Assembly: GCA_964016885.1 (NCBI GenBank)
Contig: OZ024740.1
Span: 92,504,001 to 92,568,000, forward strand
Source of the DNA: Eledone cirrhosa
Taxonomy: Eukaryota
DNA: 64,000 nucleotides
Direction of reading: 5' to 3'
Part shown: positions 1-13,140 of the stretch, piece after piece
Layout of the letters: every line of letters begins with the position of its first letter
How positions within the stretch are numbered: position 1 is the first letter of the stretch
Notes under the pieces: model-generated
The model's database searches: none
Told to the model about the DNA's origin: nothing
The model's input: the letters and a program-made list of their open reading frames with translations, nothing else
Program-made: the position numbers and the translations under genes

Positions 1-833
1 TTCTTCAGACAAAATACAATATAGACAGTTTTATACATAAATAGATTTGACATACCGTTCAACATCGACTTGTATTTGAAAAAGTTGATTTGGCAGTGAA
101 AAATTGTAAACAGAAAGAAAGAAAGAAAGAAGGAAAGAAAGAAAGAAAACGAAGAAAAAGGATAAATGCATGCAACAAAATAGAGAGATGGAAAGATAGA
201 TAAAGAGAAGAACTTCGTGTAATACTGATATTTACATTATAGTGCCTGGTTTTTATACGAACTAATATTTCTACATAGAAACATAGGGTTTTTAAATTCT
301 GCCTCGCCTATGTCTGGTTACTTTTCATTTTTTCTCTCTATATAACGGCTGGTTTCTTTCCTAACCACATATATCTCCCTTACATTAATACTAGAGCTAA
401 ATAAATAAATAAATAAATAAATGTATCATTCATACGTCATTCAACGGATGTTCAACTACCTACTTTTCTCTATATATATCTATCTCTATCTATTTCCTCT
501 CTCTATATATCTCTCTCTGTTTCTTTACATGAAGTTCTTCTCTTTATCTATCTTTCCATCTCTCTATTTTGTTGCATGCATTTATTCTTTTTCTTCCTTT
601 TCTTTCTTTCCTTCTTTCTTTCTTTCTTTCTGTTTACAATTTTTCACTGCCAAATCAACTTTTTCAAATACAATTCGATGTTAAACGGTATGTCAAATCT
701 ATTTATCTATAAAACTGTCTATATTGTATTTTGTCTGAAGAAGGCATAACATATTGTTAATATGATATCCCTGAAATATATATAATGAAATAAATATGGT
801 TTTATAAATATAGTTTCCATTTATTTAATATCG
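1..833. mobile_element. Inverted-arm PLE 3'-end insertion, family C (left end cut by the window)
   Basis: 1-215 is the reverse complement of ~524-742. The right end ...tttaatatcg abuts (TA)n. Its terminus matches those of 39117-39656 and 54658-57402. Confidence 0.75.
721..797 (+). ncRNA. Minimal type-I hammerhead ribozyme (family C)
   Basis: tattttgt-CTGAAGA-agg...cct-GAAA-TATATA-TA-atgaaata. Stem I pairs with G-U wobbles and stem III is palindromic. The fold is conserved in four other family C copies. Confidence 0.7.
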
Positions 834-835
834 TA

Positions 836-1228
<393 letters not shown>

Positions 1229-1351
1229 TGGATACTTAGTAAGCAAATTGTGCCTACTATTGAATGTGTTAGCAAAGCACTCGACAAAGTAGGTCCTCAG
1301 AATAATAACATACGTTTAAATAGCTTAGCAAATAGAACATTGTGGTAGGCA

Positions 1352-1429
<78 letters not shown>

Positions 1430-1790
1430 CATTTTATTTATATACCGATATAATTATCCCTATCGAGCTATTACATTACGATTGACCAAACGGGATAGAC
1501 CAGCTCTATACAGTGGTGCACCTCAAACCTGAATATATATATATATATATAAATATACACCTACATATATATATATATGTATATATATATATTTATATAT
1601 ATATACATATACATATACATATACATATATATATATATATATATTTTTTAGTTTATGTTGGTTGTATACCAACACCTCACTATGCAGGCTGGACCACTCG
1701 ACGAAGTGCGCAGGTTGGTTTGATTACTCCGGAGTAGTGTAAAATAAAGTTATATAAAAGTCAAATGATTAAAATTTAGCTTCGTTTATT

Positions 1791-1845
1791 ACTGCTATAT
1801 ATATTTCAGTGACCGCCATCTTTGGCTGTGACCTCTTCAGGCAGT
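1791..1845 (-). ncRNA. Hammerhead ribozyme (family E, left arm)
   Basis: Reverse complement of the 2223-2277 motif. Confidence 0.8.
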
Positions 1846-2222
1846 TTGAATTAGTATGGTATAGACATGTACATATGATGTTTAGGTGTATAATATTGTC
1901 AATACTCTGATATGCCCAGTTCCTTGTTGAGTTGTTAATTCACTGAGGAACTGGAGTCATATGAATTCAAACAAACGAATTTCAGTGTCAAAGGTCCTCT
2001 TCTCCTCTCATTGGTCAGTTATTAGAACATTCCTCATTCTAAGTGTTATCTGACCAATGAGAGGAGAAGAGGACCTTTGACACTGAAATTCGTTTGTTTG
2101 AATTCATATGACTCCAGTTCCTCAGTGAATTAACAACTCAACAAGGAACTGGGCATATCAGAGTATTGACAATATTATACACCTAAACAACATATGTACT
2201 TGTCTATACCATACTAATTCAA

Positions 2223-2277
2223 ACTGCCTGAAGAGGTCACAGCCAAAGATGGCTGTCACTGAAATATATATAGCAGT
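2223..2277 (+). ncRNA. Hammerhead ribozyme (family E, right arm)
   Basis: actgc-CTGAAGA-ggtcACAGCCAaagaTGGCTGTcact-GAAA-TATATA-TA-gcagt: canonical core, 5-bp stem I, stem II hairpin, palindromic stem III. Confidence 0.85.
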
Positions 2278-2321
2278 AATAAACGAAGCTAAATTTTAAT
2301 CATTTGACTTTTATTTAACTT

Positions 2322-2372
<51 letters not shown>

Positions 2373-2374
<2 letters not shown>

Positions 2375-2481
2375 AACGAGTAGGACCCCGACGGCTGAGC
2401 TCAAGCCGTTTCTACTACCCTAATTATTGAGCACTTTGGTGCGTTATGGTCCACCTGGTTCCTTACCACATTTCCTCCGTT
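2373..2481. mobile_element. 109-bp miniature of PLE family D (short end + inverted tail)
   Basis: 2373-2412 is the reverse complement of 26371-26410, and 2411-2481 is the reverse complement of 24567-24637. Flanked by (TA)n on both sides. Confidence 0.75.
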
Positions 2482-3039
2482 ATATATATATATAAATATA
2501 TATGATTATATGTATATGTGTATATATATATTTTTATACATATATATATATAAATATATAAATATATAAATTTATATATATAAATATATATGTATATATA
2601 TATATATATGTATATAGATATATAAATATATGTATATATATAGTAATAATAATAAATGTAAAGACTAAAATCCAAAGAGGGCTCGATAAGGATAAGTAAA
2701 TATGTATATTAATACAATTATGTGTGTGTGTATGTGTGTGTCTGCGTGTATGTGTATTACCTATAGGGGCCTACATCTTACGACCGATTATCATGAAACT
2801 TTACAGGCTCATAGATTAGTCATCGGGGAGTGTTTTCTATATATCAGAGTATGTTCTTTTGATTTCGCGGTCATTCTGCACATAAAATCGATAGGGTTCC
2901 ACCTTCATTTAGCTATTGAAAAATAAGATTTTTGACTCTAGCTCGCACATTTTACCACCGATTTCGTTCAAATTTTAAAGCAAAATAGGTCGACTGGTGG
3001 TTCAGGAAGCCTTCCTTAATTCGGCCCTCCGCCATACCC

Positions 3040-3620
3040 ACAGGAGGTCAAATGTGGGTGTGGTGGAGGACCGATTTAAGGAACGCTTCCTGAACCACCA
3101 GTCGACCTTTAAATACCCGGACAGACATTCATCCACAAAACTCGCGAGCCACGTATGGTCCCTCAAGGACGCAAGTATAGACTCCTCCATTCAATGGAAA
3201 GCCATTACTAAGTCCAAGCCAATTGCAAGGGGATGTCCGTCGTATGCACTATGTAATGATGAACGAATACATTTTCTAAAGATATTATGCAATAGTGATT
3301 GCCTAAACATGAGAAATGAATTATTCACACATTGTCCACACGTCTAGAAACCCATATTACATAACTACAAAGCTCCGGATTCAATCACAACAACATCCTA
3401 ATTTTCTTATTGACTAGAAACATTTCGGACTTTCGCAGTTATCTCCCTTACGTCTATCGCACGCTTTTTAGTATTGCCTGTGTGAAGTGACGGTCTCTGG
3501 GCATGCGCGTTCGTACGGTTGTCCTTCCTGTTCCGTATAACCATGTCCATTACGAGCTGAGGATCAGTGAGGGTGAAACAATTGTTCTCGGTATGGTGAA
3601 CTAACTGTTGTGTAACCACA
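3040..3620 (+). mobile_element. 5'-truncated PLE: C-terminal GIY-YIG endonuclease remnant + 3' UTR ending at (TA)n
   Basis: ORF 2997-3347 gives VGVVEDRFKERFLNHQSTFKYPD...TKLASHVWSLK...LCNDE...LNMRNELFTHCPH, the PLE GIY-YIG C-terminal pattern. An HHR lies at 3553-3590. Confidence 0.75.
3553..3590 (+). ncRNA. Minimal hammerhead ribozyme
   Basis: cgag-CTGAGGA-tcagtgagggt-GAAA-CAATTG-TT-ctcg; palindromic stem III (ACAATTGT), weak stem II. Confidence 0.6.
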
Positions 3621-3624
3621 TCTA

Positions 3625-3687
<63 letters not shown>

Positions 3688-3756
3688 AAAAAGGGATGAC
3701 ATCGAAAATGCAACTGAAGTCTTATTTTTTTTTTAAATATATATATTTATTTGGTT

Positions 3757-3794
3757 CCTTTACCGGTTTCGTAGTTCTTCTGCTTTTCAAAAGG
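3757..3794 (-). ncRNA. Hammerhead ribozyme, U3-A8 core variant (family A, left arm)
   Basis: Reverse complement of the 10675-10712 motif, with one stem II change. Confidence 0.65.
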
Positions 3795-4339
3795 TGAGTT
3801 GAGATGGAGGGTCTGTGGTTTTTCTCACATCTGGTTGGTCTCTAAATGTTACTTGTTTTATATGGAAAAAATGGCTCGAAAGCCAGATTTTTCGAGAAGT
3901 AATTTGATTGGTTTGTCAATAATTATAATAAATTTCGCGCCAGTTCGCGTTACAATAGTTCTTCAAATAAGAGAGATTGTCACAGGTTGTTTTTTCATAT
4001 ATGAGTGTTTGAATTTCTTTTTACTTGAAAAAATGAGGCTCACGAAGGCTTTTTTTTGGTTGGTTATGATTGAAATTTGGCTGTCACGTGAACAAGTTTT
4101 CATTACATTTTTGCGCCTTTATTTGGAAAACTATTATGTAGTCTTTATAGTGAATGTTATGACAATGGAGAGATAGTGGTCAAGGGAAAAGGGATTGGGA
4201 GAAATGTTCTGGTTCAGTAAATATGGCCAGCTGTCAGTGTTCAGGTGTCAGAGTTCAGATTTTCTATTGAGACTGAAGATATGTGCTTATTTGTGTGCTT
4301 GTGTGTGTGTATATGTGTGTGTGTGTATGTGTGTATTGG

Positions 4340-4585
4340 AATATGATTCTATTAGTAGAGATGGGGGCGGGAGTTGTGTGTGTGTGTATATGGGTGTTAT
4401 GTGTGTGTGTGCGAGTATGTTAAGATGGAGAGAATATATATTTTGTGTGTGTGTATATATATATGTGTGTAGGAAAGTGGTTCTATTAGTAGAAATGGGG
4501 AGGGAGTTGTAGGTGTGGGGGTTGTTATGTGTGTGTATGGGTGTTATGTGTGTGGGATTATGTTTGGCATGTTAAGATGAAGAGA

Positions 4586-4616
<31 letters not shown>

Positions 4617-5450
4617 GTGTGTGTGTATGTGTGTGTGTAGGAAAGTGATTCCTTTAGTAGGAAGATGATTCTATTAGTAGAGATGGGGGAGGGAGTTGTG
4701 TGTGTGTGTATATGGGTGTTATGTGTGTGTGTGCGAGTATGTTAAGAGGGAGAGAATATATATTTTGTGTGTGTGTATATATATATGTGTGTAGGAAAGT
4801 GGTTCTATTAGTAGATATTTGGGGAGGGAGTTGTAGGTGTGGGGGTTGTTATGTGTGTGTATGGGTGTTATGTGTGTGTATGCGAGTATGTTAAGATGGA
4901 GAGAATATATATTTTGTGTGTGTGTATATATATATGTGTGTAGGAAAGTGGTTCTATTAGTAGATATTTGGGGAGGGAGTTGTAGGTGTGGGGGTCGTTA
5001 TGTGTGTGTATGGGTGTTATGTGTGTGGGAGTATGGTTGGCATGTTAAGATGAAGAGAATATATATATATATATATTGTGTGTGTGTGTATGTGTGTGTG
5101 TAGGAAACTGATTCCTTTAGTAGGAAGATGATTCTATTAGTAGAGATGGGGGAGGGAGTTGTGTGTGTGTGTATATGGGTGTTATGTGTGTGTGTGCGAG
5201 TATGTTAAGATGGAGAGAATATATATTTTGTGTGTGTGTATATATATATGTGTGTAGGAAAGTGGTTCTATTAGTAGATATGGGGAGGGAGTTGTAGGTG
5301 TGGGGGTTGTTATGTGTGTGTATGGGGGGTGTTATGTGTGTGGGAGTATGGTTAGCATGTTAAGATGAAGAGAATATATATATATATATATATATATTGT
5401 GTGTGTGTGTATGTGTGTGTGTAGGAATGTGATTCCTTTAGTAGGAATAT
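4340..5450. repeat. Composite tandem repeat (~150-320 bp GT-rich units) inside the family A 3' UTR
   Basis: Recurrent ttctattagtaga..ggggagggagttgt / gttaagatg..gagaatatat blocks; fewer units at 9490-10120 and 30890-31190. Confidence 0.85.
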
Positions 5451-5608
5451 TTTTGAATGAACATATTTTCCTGACTTTTTCGTGTTTGCTGTTGTATTGC
5501 CAGTGCAAACGTATGTTAAGGTTTATTTAGTTCGGGTTTTTATTTCCTAAAGTAGAAGGTGTTATGTGTGTGTGTGTATGTCATATTGTGGTGTTGACAT
5601 AATGTATA

Positions 5609-8600
5609 TTAAACCTTATTTAATGTTGGTCTATAATTTTGAATAAACATATTTTCCTTATTTATTTGCATTTGTTCTGTTGTATTGTTAGCGCAAAGGT
5701 TAAATGGGAAGACTTGGAATTTGGGTGTCTTATTACTTGCGCAAATGTCTAGATGTGCACTTAGTGGTATCTGTCTCGTGGTTGGATCTCCTAATTGTTG
5801 GCGATGAACTGTCATTCTGTTTCTGAGTGTGAGTTTAGTTTGTCCTATATAATCTTCATTGCATCCTTTACATTTAATGGCATAAATCAGATTTTTTGAT
5901 GAGCAAGTGAAGTGATTTTTTACAGTAAAATTTTGTCCTGATTTAAATGTATACGTGTTGCCTTCAATGAGCTGAGTGCAGGTTCCACAATTAGAGCGAC
6001 CACATTTTTTGATACTTGGTTGTGGGTTTGTGGTAGGTAATTTGGCATTGGTGAGTAATGTTTTCAGTGATTTGGTTGTCTTTTGCTTTTGATTATTTTG
6101 TGTGTTTCAAGGGCTTTTTTCATTCTTGGGTTTTGTTTTAGTAGTGGGATGTTATTGTGAATAGTGTTGTAAGCTTCCGCATTTCTTGGGTTGTGTGTTG
6201 AGATATATGATAGAATATTGGACGTACCTTGAATTTGTTTCTGTTTCCGTAATTCATCAATGCCTATTGCTTTAGCCCTTTCTATTCCATTATTTATTAG
6301 TAATAGTGGGTACTCTCTCTCAAGTAGAATTTCCTTTAATTCTTGAAGTCTTTTATTTCGCGTTTCATAATTGGAGACAATTGTTCAAATACTTCTTGCT
6401 AGGTTAAAAGGTATGTTCGTCTTCGTGTGCTTTGGATGGTTGGAGGTGAATAGCAGATATTGTTTGGAATCTGTTGGTTTGTAGTGTATGTCAGTTTCGA
6501 TATTTGTGTCTTTTTTTGTGATTAAGATGTCCAGAAATGGGAGTTGATCTTGGCTGTATTCCATTGTGAATTGGATGTGGTTATTGATGCCGTTTATTAA
6601 GTTTTTGAAATCCTTCAGTTGGTCGAGTGTTTGGGACCAAAGAATGAGGCAATCATCCATGTAGCGTTTCCAATTCTCTGATAAATATTTGTGGAAGTTC
6701 AATCCGTATTTTGATTTGGAATGTTCATATATCTGGACTTCTAAGTATGCCATGACTAAGTTGGCATAAGTTGGAGCGGCTTTTGTGCCCATCGCAGTCC
6801 CCGATATTTGCTAGTAAGTATTATCATCGAAATCAAAAAAGTTGTTCTGTAGGATGAATTTTAATCCCTCGGTGATGAAGCTTTTTTCTATTCTGTCAGG
6901 TATCTCATTGGGATATTTCTCTAGCCAGAATCCTATTGCTTCTAGTCCGTATTGGTGTGGGATCGTTGTGTAGAGATTCACTACATCGAAAGACACAATA
7001 ATAGTGTCGTTGTTGACATGTTTGAGGAGGGGGTTTAAGAGGTCCAGATCGTCTCTTACAAGGCTTGGTATGTGTTTCAGTATTGGTTTCAGTAGTATGT
7101 CTATAAAGAGTCTCAATCTGTGTGTTTCACATTGTGGGCCCGCTACAATTGGTCTTAATTTAAGGTCTGTGGGGTATTGTGTGTTCACGCAGGCTGAGGT
7201 GGCTTGTTTACAGGCATCGTTGATTATTTTACATTTGTGGATCTTCGGAAGTCCGTAAAGGTTGCTGGTTTTGTATTCAAAATTTGTTAAATAATCGCGT
7301 TCCTTTTTAGTTACGTCTTCCTGGTATCGATAAATCAGTGTGTTTAATTTGGTCATTATTTTTGATTGCTGGTAGTTTTTTACTCTTTCATAGTAATTAG
7401 TATTTTGTAAGAGAGAGAACATAGAATTTTTATATTTTTCAGTCTCCATAATGACAACAGTACTTCCCGTGTCCGCCTCCTTAATTACAATGTCCGGATT
7501 GTTTTTTAGTTCATGGATAATCTCCCATTCCCTTCGACTTGTGTTGGGTTTGGGTTTAGGTTGGGGTAGTTCATGGTATGGGAAGGTAGCTATGTGGTCA
7601 CAAAATTTGTCCAGAACTCTGTTTCTACCTTTTGTTGGGTTGTAGCTGCTTTTATTCCGTACAATTGATTCGTCGTTATTCTCCTTGTCAAAGAATTCCT
7701 CTATGAGACGTAATTTTCTACAGAAGTGTGAGATATCGTCATTTATCTCGTTGGGGTTAGGATATTGTGGTGTTGGTGTGAATTTCAGTCCTTTGGAGAT
7801 AATTTTTACTTGTTGGGCTGAGAGGTTTGTATTTGAAATGTTAATTATTTTCGGTTTTTCAAAATCGGTTTGTGCCACCGGGTGTCGTGAGTCCTGTAGC
7901 CTTGGTCTAAAAAATGATTTTTCTGGAATGTTTTTTCATTGGTATTATTATATCTAATGGTATTTCCCCTGTTGTTGTGTGGTCTTGTATAGAAGTTTCG
8001 GACGTATTGAGGTTCGGTTTGTGGATAGTCCGGGTTGTAGATTTGGTTCCTTTGTGTGGGTTGGGATCTATGGTTTTGGAACAGGCTCTGTGTGGGCAGG
8101 GGTCTACGGTTTTGGAATAGGTTTTTTGTGGGTTGTGATCTGCGGATCAGGTCCTGCCTTGTGTTCGGGGATCTTTGGTTTTTGTTAGTAGGGTTATAGT
8201 TTTGTCTATGGTTTCTGGGATTATCGTTATAGTTTTGCTGGGGGTATGTTGGACGTTTTGTTACTTTTTTTGTTATTTGTTGTGCATGTGGTGTGTGAGT
8301 TTTAGTTTGTTTTAAGAATGGGTTACCTGTATGTTGTTCATTTTTGATGTCCATTTCGTAGTTGTTGAACCAGGTGGCGTTTTTTTCCCATCGCTGGAGG
8401 GATGTGAGTTCTTCATCCTCACAGTTTGCTTTCCAAAGTTTTAGGGGTTTTTTTGTAGAGTAGGCCTTCAGAGTGCTTTAAGATTTCTGTGTCCATCTGT
8501 TGATCGAGTGACTTGAATTTTTCTTTGTTGGAGTTGGCTCTTAATCGCAACAGTTCTATTTCTGTTTTAAATTTTTCCAATGCCATCTTTTCCCTAAGAC

Positions 8601-8745
8601 TTTGTTGGTTTTCTGGTTCATTCGGGATGGGTTTTGTTTTGAGTTTTTTGGGGAGCATGATTGGGGTAGAGTTTAACCACTTTTCATATATGTCTGCCTT
8701 GCCATTACTTTTTTATGAGATTCCAAAGGGCGAATTTGCGGGCTG
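5609..8745 (-). pseudogene. Disrupted PLE polyprotein: N-terminal domain, reverse transcriptase, Cys-rich linker, GIY-YIG endonuclease
   Basis: KGLKFTPTP, IKEADTGSTVVIM, LYGLPKIHK, RPIVAGP, SFDVVNLYTTIP, MGTKAAPTYANL, RYMDD, LPFLDI, HYKPTD. Endonuclease as in the inverted copy. Contains several stops and frameshifts. The Cys linker and CCHH-type EN suggest a Naiad/Neptune-like clade (unverified). Confidence 0.92.
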
Positions 8746-8747
8746 TG

Positions 8748-9329
8748 CCAAGAAATGCGGAAGCTTACAACACTATTCACAATAACATTCCACTACTAAA
8801 ACAAAACCCAAGAATGAAAAAAGCCCTTGAAACACACAAAATAATCAAAAGCAAAAGACAACCAAAATCACTGAAAACATTACTCACCAATGCCAAATTA
8901 CCTACCACAAACCCACAACCAAGTATCAAAAAATGTGGTCGCTCTAATTGTGGAACCTACACTCACCTCATTGAAGGCAACACGTATACATTTAAATCAG
9001 GACAAAATTTTACTGTAAAAAATCACTTCACTTGCTCATCAAAAAATCTAATTTATGCCATTAAATGTAAAGGATGCAATGAAGATTATATAGGACAAAC
9101 TAAACTCACACTCAGAAACAGAATGACAGTTCATCGCCAACGATTACGAGATCCAACCACGAGACAGATACCACTAAGTGCATATCTAGACATTTGCGCA
9201 AGTAATAAGACACCCAAATTCCAAGTCTTCCCATTTTACCTTTGCGCTAACAATACAACAGAACAAATGCGAATAAATAAGGAAAATATGTTTATTCAAA
9301 AATATAGACCAACATTAAATAAGGTTTAA
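8748..9329 (+). pseudogene. Inverted 3' copy of the family A ORF (GIY-YIG endonuclease)
   Basis: CGRSNCGT...CSSKNLIYAIKCKGCNEDYIGQTKLTLRNRMTVHRQ...ENMFIQKYRPTLN. The ORF-track start at 8715 crosses the inversion junction. Confidence 0.88.
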
Positions 9330-10131
9330 TATACATTATGTCAACACCACAATATGACATACACACACACACATAACACCTTCTACTTTAGAAAATAAAA
9401 ACCCGAACTAAATACACCTTAACATACGTTTGCACTGGCAATACAATAGCAAACACGAAAAAGTCAGGAAAATATGTTCATTCAAAAATATTCCTACTAA
9501 AGGAATCACTTTCCTACACACACACATACACACACACACAATATATATATATATATATTCTCTTCATCTTAACATGCTAACCATACTCCCACACACATAA
9601 CACCCATACACACAAATAACAACCCCCACACCTACAACTCCCTCCCCATTTCTACTAATAGAACCACTTTCCTACACACATATATATATACACACACACG
9701 AAATATATATTCTCTCCATCTTAACATACTCGCACACACACACATAACACCCATATACACACACACACAACTCCCTCCCCCATCTCTACTAATAGGATCA
9801 TCTTCCTACTAAAGGAATCACTTTCCTACACACACACATACACACACACACAATATATATATATATATATATTCTCTTCATCTTAATATGCCAACCATAC
9901 TCCCACACACATAACACCCATACACCCACATAACAACCCCCACAACTACAACTCCCTCCCCATTTCTACTAATAGAACCACTTTCCTACACACATATATA
10001 TATACACACACACAAAATATATATTCTCTCCATCTTAACATACTCGCACACACACACATAACACCCATATACACACACACGCAACTCCCTCCCCCATCTC
10101 TACTAATAGAATCATCTTCCAATACACACAT

Positions 10132-10164
<33 letters not shown>

Positions 10165-10674
10165 AGCACACAAATAAACACATATCTTCAGTCTCAATAG
10201 AAAATCTGAACTCTGACACCTGAACACTGACAGCTGGGCATATTCACTGAACCAGAACATTTATCCCAATCCCTTTTCCCTTGACCACTATCTCTCCATT
10301 GTCATAACATTCACTATAAAGACTACAGAATAGTTTTCCAAATAAGGGCGCAAAAATGTAATGAAAACTTGTTCACGTGACAACCAAATTTCATTTATAA
10401 CCAACCAAAAAAAAACCTTCGTGAGCCTCATGTTTTCAAGTAAAAAGAAATTCAAACACTCATATATGAAAAAACAACCTGTGACAACCCCCCCTCTCTT
10501 ATTTGAAGAACTATTGTAACGCGAACTGGCGCGAAATTTATTATAATTATTGACAAACCAATCAAATTACTTCTCGAAAAACCTGGCTTTCGAGCCACTT
10601 TTTCCATATAAAACAAGTAACATTTAGAGACCAACCAGATGTGAGAAAAACCACAGACCCTCCATCTCAACTCA

Positions 10675-10712
10675 CCTTTTGAAAAGCAGAAGAACTGCGA
10701 AACCGGTAAAGG
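10675..10712 (+). ncRNA. Hammerhead ribozyme, U3-A8 core variant (family A, right arm)
   Basis: cctt-TTGAAAA-gcag-aagaa-ctgc-GAAA-CCGG-TA-aagg: all three stems form, stem III is palindromic (ACCGGT), cleavage triplet GUA. Confidence 0.75.
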
Positions 10713-11586
10713 ACCCAAATAAATATATATATTTAAAAAAAAAATAAGACTTCAGTTGCATTTTCGATTTCATCCCTTTTTCTTTATACTTCCACTCGTG
10801 TAGGACACCTCGGTTATTTTTCATTTTGTTAAAAAAACCTCACTTTCTAATATATATATATATATATAATATGAGCCGAAATATCGGTGATGCATCTGGA
10901 CTCAATTTATTGTGTGTTACAATTCTTTCGCCGGCAGACAGCTCGAGACAAGATCATTGTATGGATCTGCCTGATTCCAGTACTGCAGGTTCCTCGGACA
11001 CTGGCAATAATTTCGGATGTTAGATTCAAGAAAACATCTTCCTTGCTTGTCCTGCTGTTGGCTGTTGTATTTCTACGTCAATCATAAGTAGTTGCTTCCA
11101 GACTGTCCTTTCAGCTACCCTGCGTCCGACATACTTCAATGAATTCATGTTGGGTTAGGTATTTCACAAGTCCACTCACACACACATATGCCCACATATT
11201 CATACACACATACATACATATACACGCACAAGCGCACACACACATATGTATACATACATATATATATATATATATACACATATTTATATATACACACCCA
11301 TATACATATACACACACATTCACATACACAGACACACGCCCACAACCATATAACTAACAACATGCGCGTCCACAGAGGCCTGCCTACATGCCCTCGTACA
11401 TCAGCTCTCACACGCACCCACACGCACACACATACAAAGACACACACAAGCGTACGGTTACTTCTACTCATATACATAAACACGTACAGACATATACAGA
11501 GTCACGCGTACGCACATACACACGCCTGTCCGCCTGTCCGTATAGAGAGGTATACAGACATGCTCCCAGACACACATGCCCCCCCC

Positions 11587-11632
<46 letters not shown>

Positions 11633-12115
11633 TGTGTATGTACACACACATAAACGTATCAACAACAATCCCATAACCTAAGTTAGGTGCACGTACACAC
11701 ACACACGCACAGAGACACACATACACACACACACTCTGGTTTATATACATTTAAACAAATAGGCGCCCAATTACCTCCGTGCCCACGTACATCTACAAAT
11801 ATACATACACGCATACATATACCTGTCCGTACTCAAATGTGATATACTCACATTCATATAAGTCTGCAGAAAATGTGATACAGGGTCATCCATGACTGGA
11901 TGCATCTTGTTATACATGCACAAATATAAACAATGTAATCAAATACAAACATCCATACACATACATGCATGCATAGATATACACATGAATAAACAAAAAA
12001 ATAAGTAATAGTAAAATAAATGAATGTATATATCTATATACATATACATACACACACACACACACACATATATAGACGTATATCTATACATATACAGGCA
12101 CCCATATACATACAC

Positions 12116-12151
<36 letters not shown>

Positions 12152-12338
12152 ATACAGACACACACATACACATACATATATATATATACATACACATACA
12201 TACATACACATGTATAGAAAAACCTACAATATACATCTAAAGTCATACATTAAAACATGTATCTCGTACTAAACATACACAGATATAAGCATTATAATCA
12301 TATACATACATCCATACACATGCACGTAACATATACCT

Positions 12339-12825
<487 letters not shown>

Positions 12826-13140
12826 CATATATATATATATATATACACACTCACCTACGCATATACGCACATTTAAAAACAATGAAATAAATATACAATA
12901 TATTAACATTGCATATAACGTCACATAGAGATATATAAGAACCAGAGAGGGGAAGGGAGAAGGTAAGTGTATGCGTGTGAAATATTACATATTGGTAGTA
13001 TGAAATGCACACTTGTGTACGGAACAAATAATATGTGTTCCAAAATGTAGTACGTGGAGAGTATGTATTCACGATTGGAAAGGTACACATGCATGGGGGC
13101 GCGTAGCCCCATCATATTGGGGTATGTCATTGTGGTATAT

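Larger units (their letters stand above)
1645..2327. mobile_element. Non-coding inverted-arm pLTR-like insertion (family E): near-perfect ~280-bp-arm palindrome plus ~95-nt left tail
   Basis: 1740-2018 is the reverse complement of 2050-2327 with only a few mismatches and a 31-nt spacer. It is flanked by (TA)n and has an HHR in each arm. Confidence 0.8.
3684..10849. mobile_element. Penelope-like element family A: long minus-strand copy (3684-~8747) fused to an inverted 3' copy (~8748-10849)
   Basis: RT and GIY-YIG ORF remnants. About 2 kb of inverted identity between the arms. (TA)n on both sides; the right arm has an extra ~64-nt tail. Confidence 0.92.

Noticed and set aside
2702-2990. Possible Helitron-like fragment upstream of the GIY-YIG remnant
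   Set aside because: Only a vague resemblance (TG run followed by ccgatt..atgaaactt); no termini to support a call.
3799-4176. Recurrent ORFs MRWRVCGFSHIW (also 10452, 32909), MKRKQREKDR (55203) and MNLNFETQICF (33927, 34292)
   Set aside because: Antisense readings of repeated PLE 3' UTRs; recurrence reflects the repeat, and the frames are not conserved between copies.
6385-6387. In-frame TGA at a cysteine position of the family A ORF (selenocysteine is reported in some Naiad PLEs)
   Set aside because: The second copy has TGC at this codon (RRICTIVS, ~32136), and this copy has other stops and frameshifts, so simple decay is more likely.
3684-10849. DNA transposon / foldback element with long TIRs
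   Set aside because: The arms are 3' ends of an RT/GIY-YIG retroelement with unequal termini and variable junctions; no transposase.
10869-11165. GC-richer island with short ORFs
   Set aside because: No recognisable protein motif in any frame; probably a decayed repeat.
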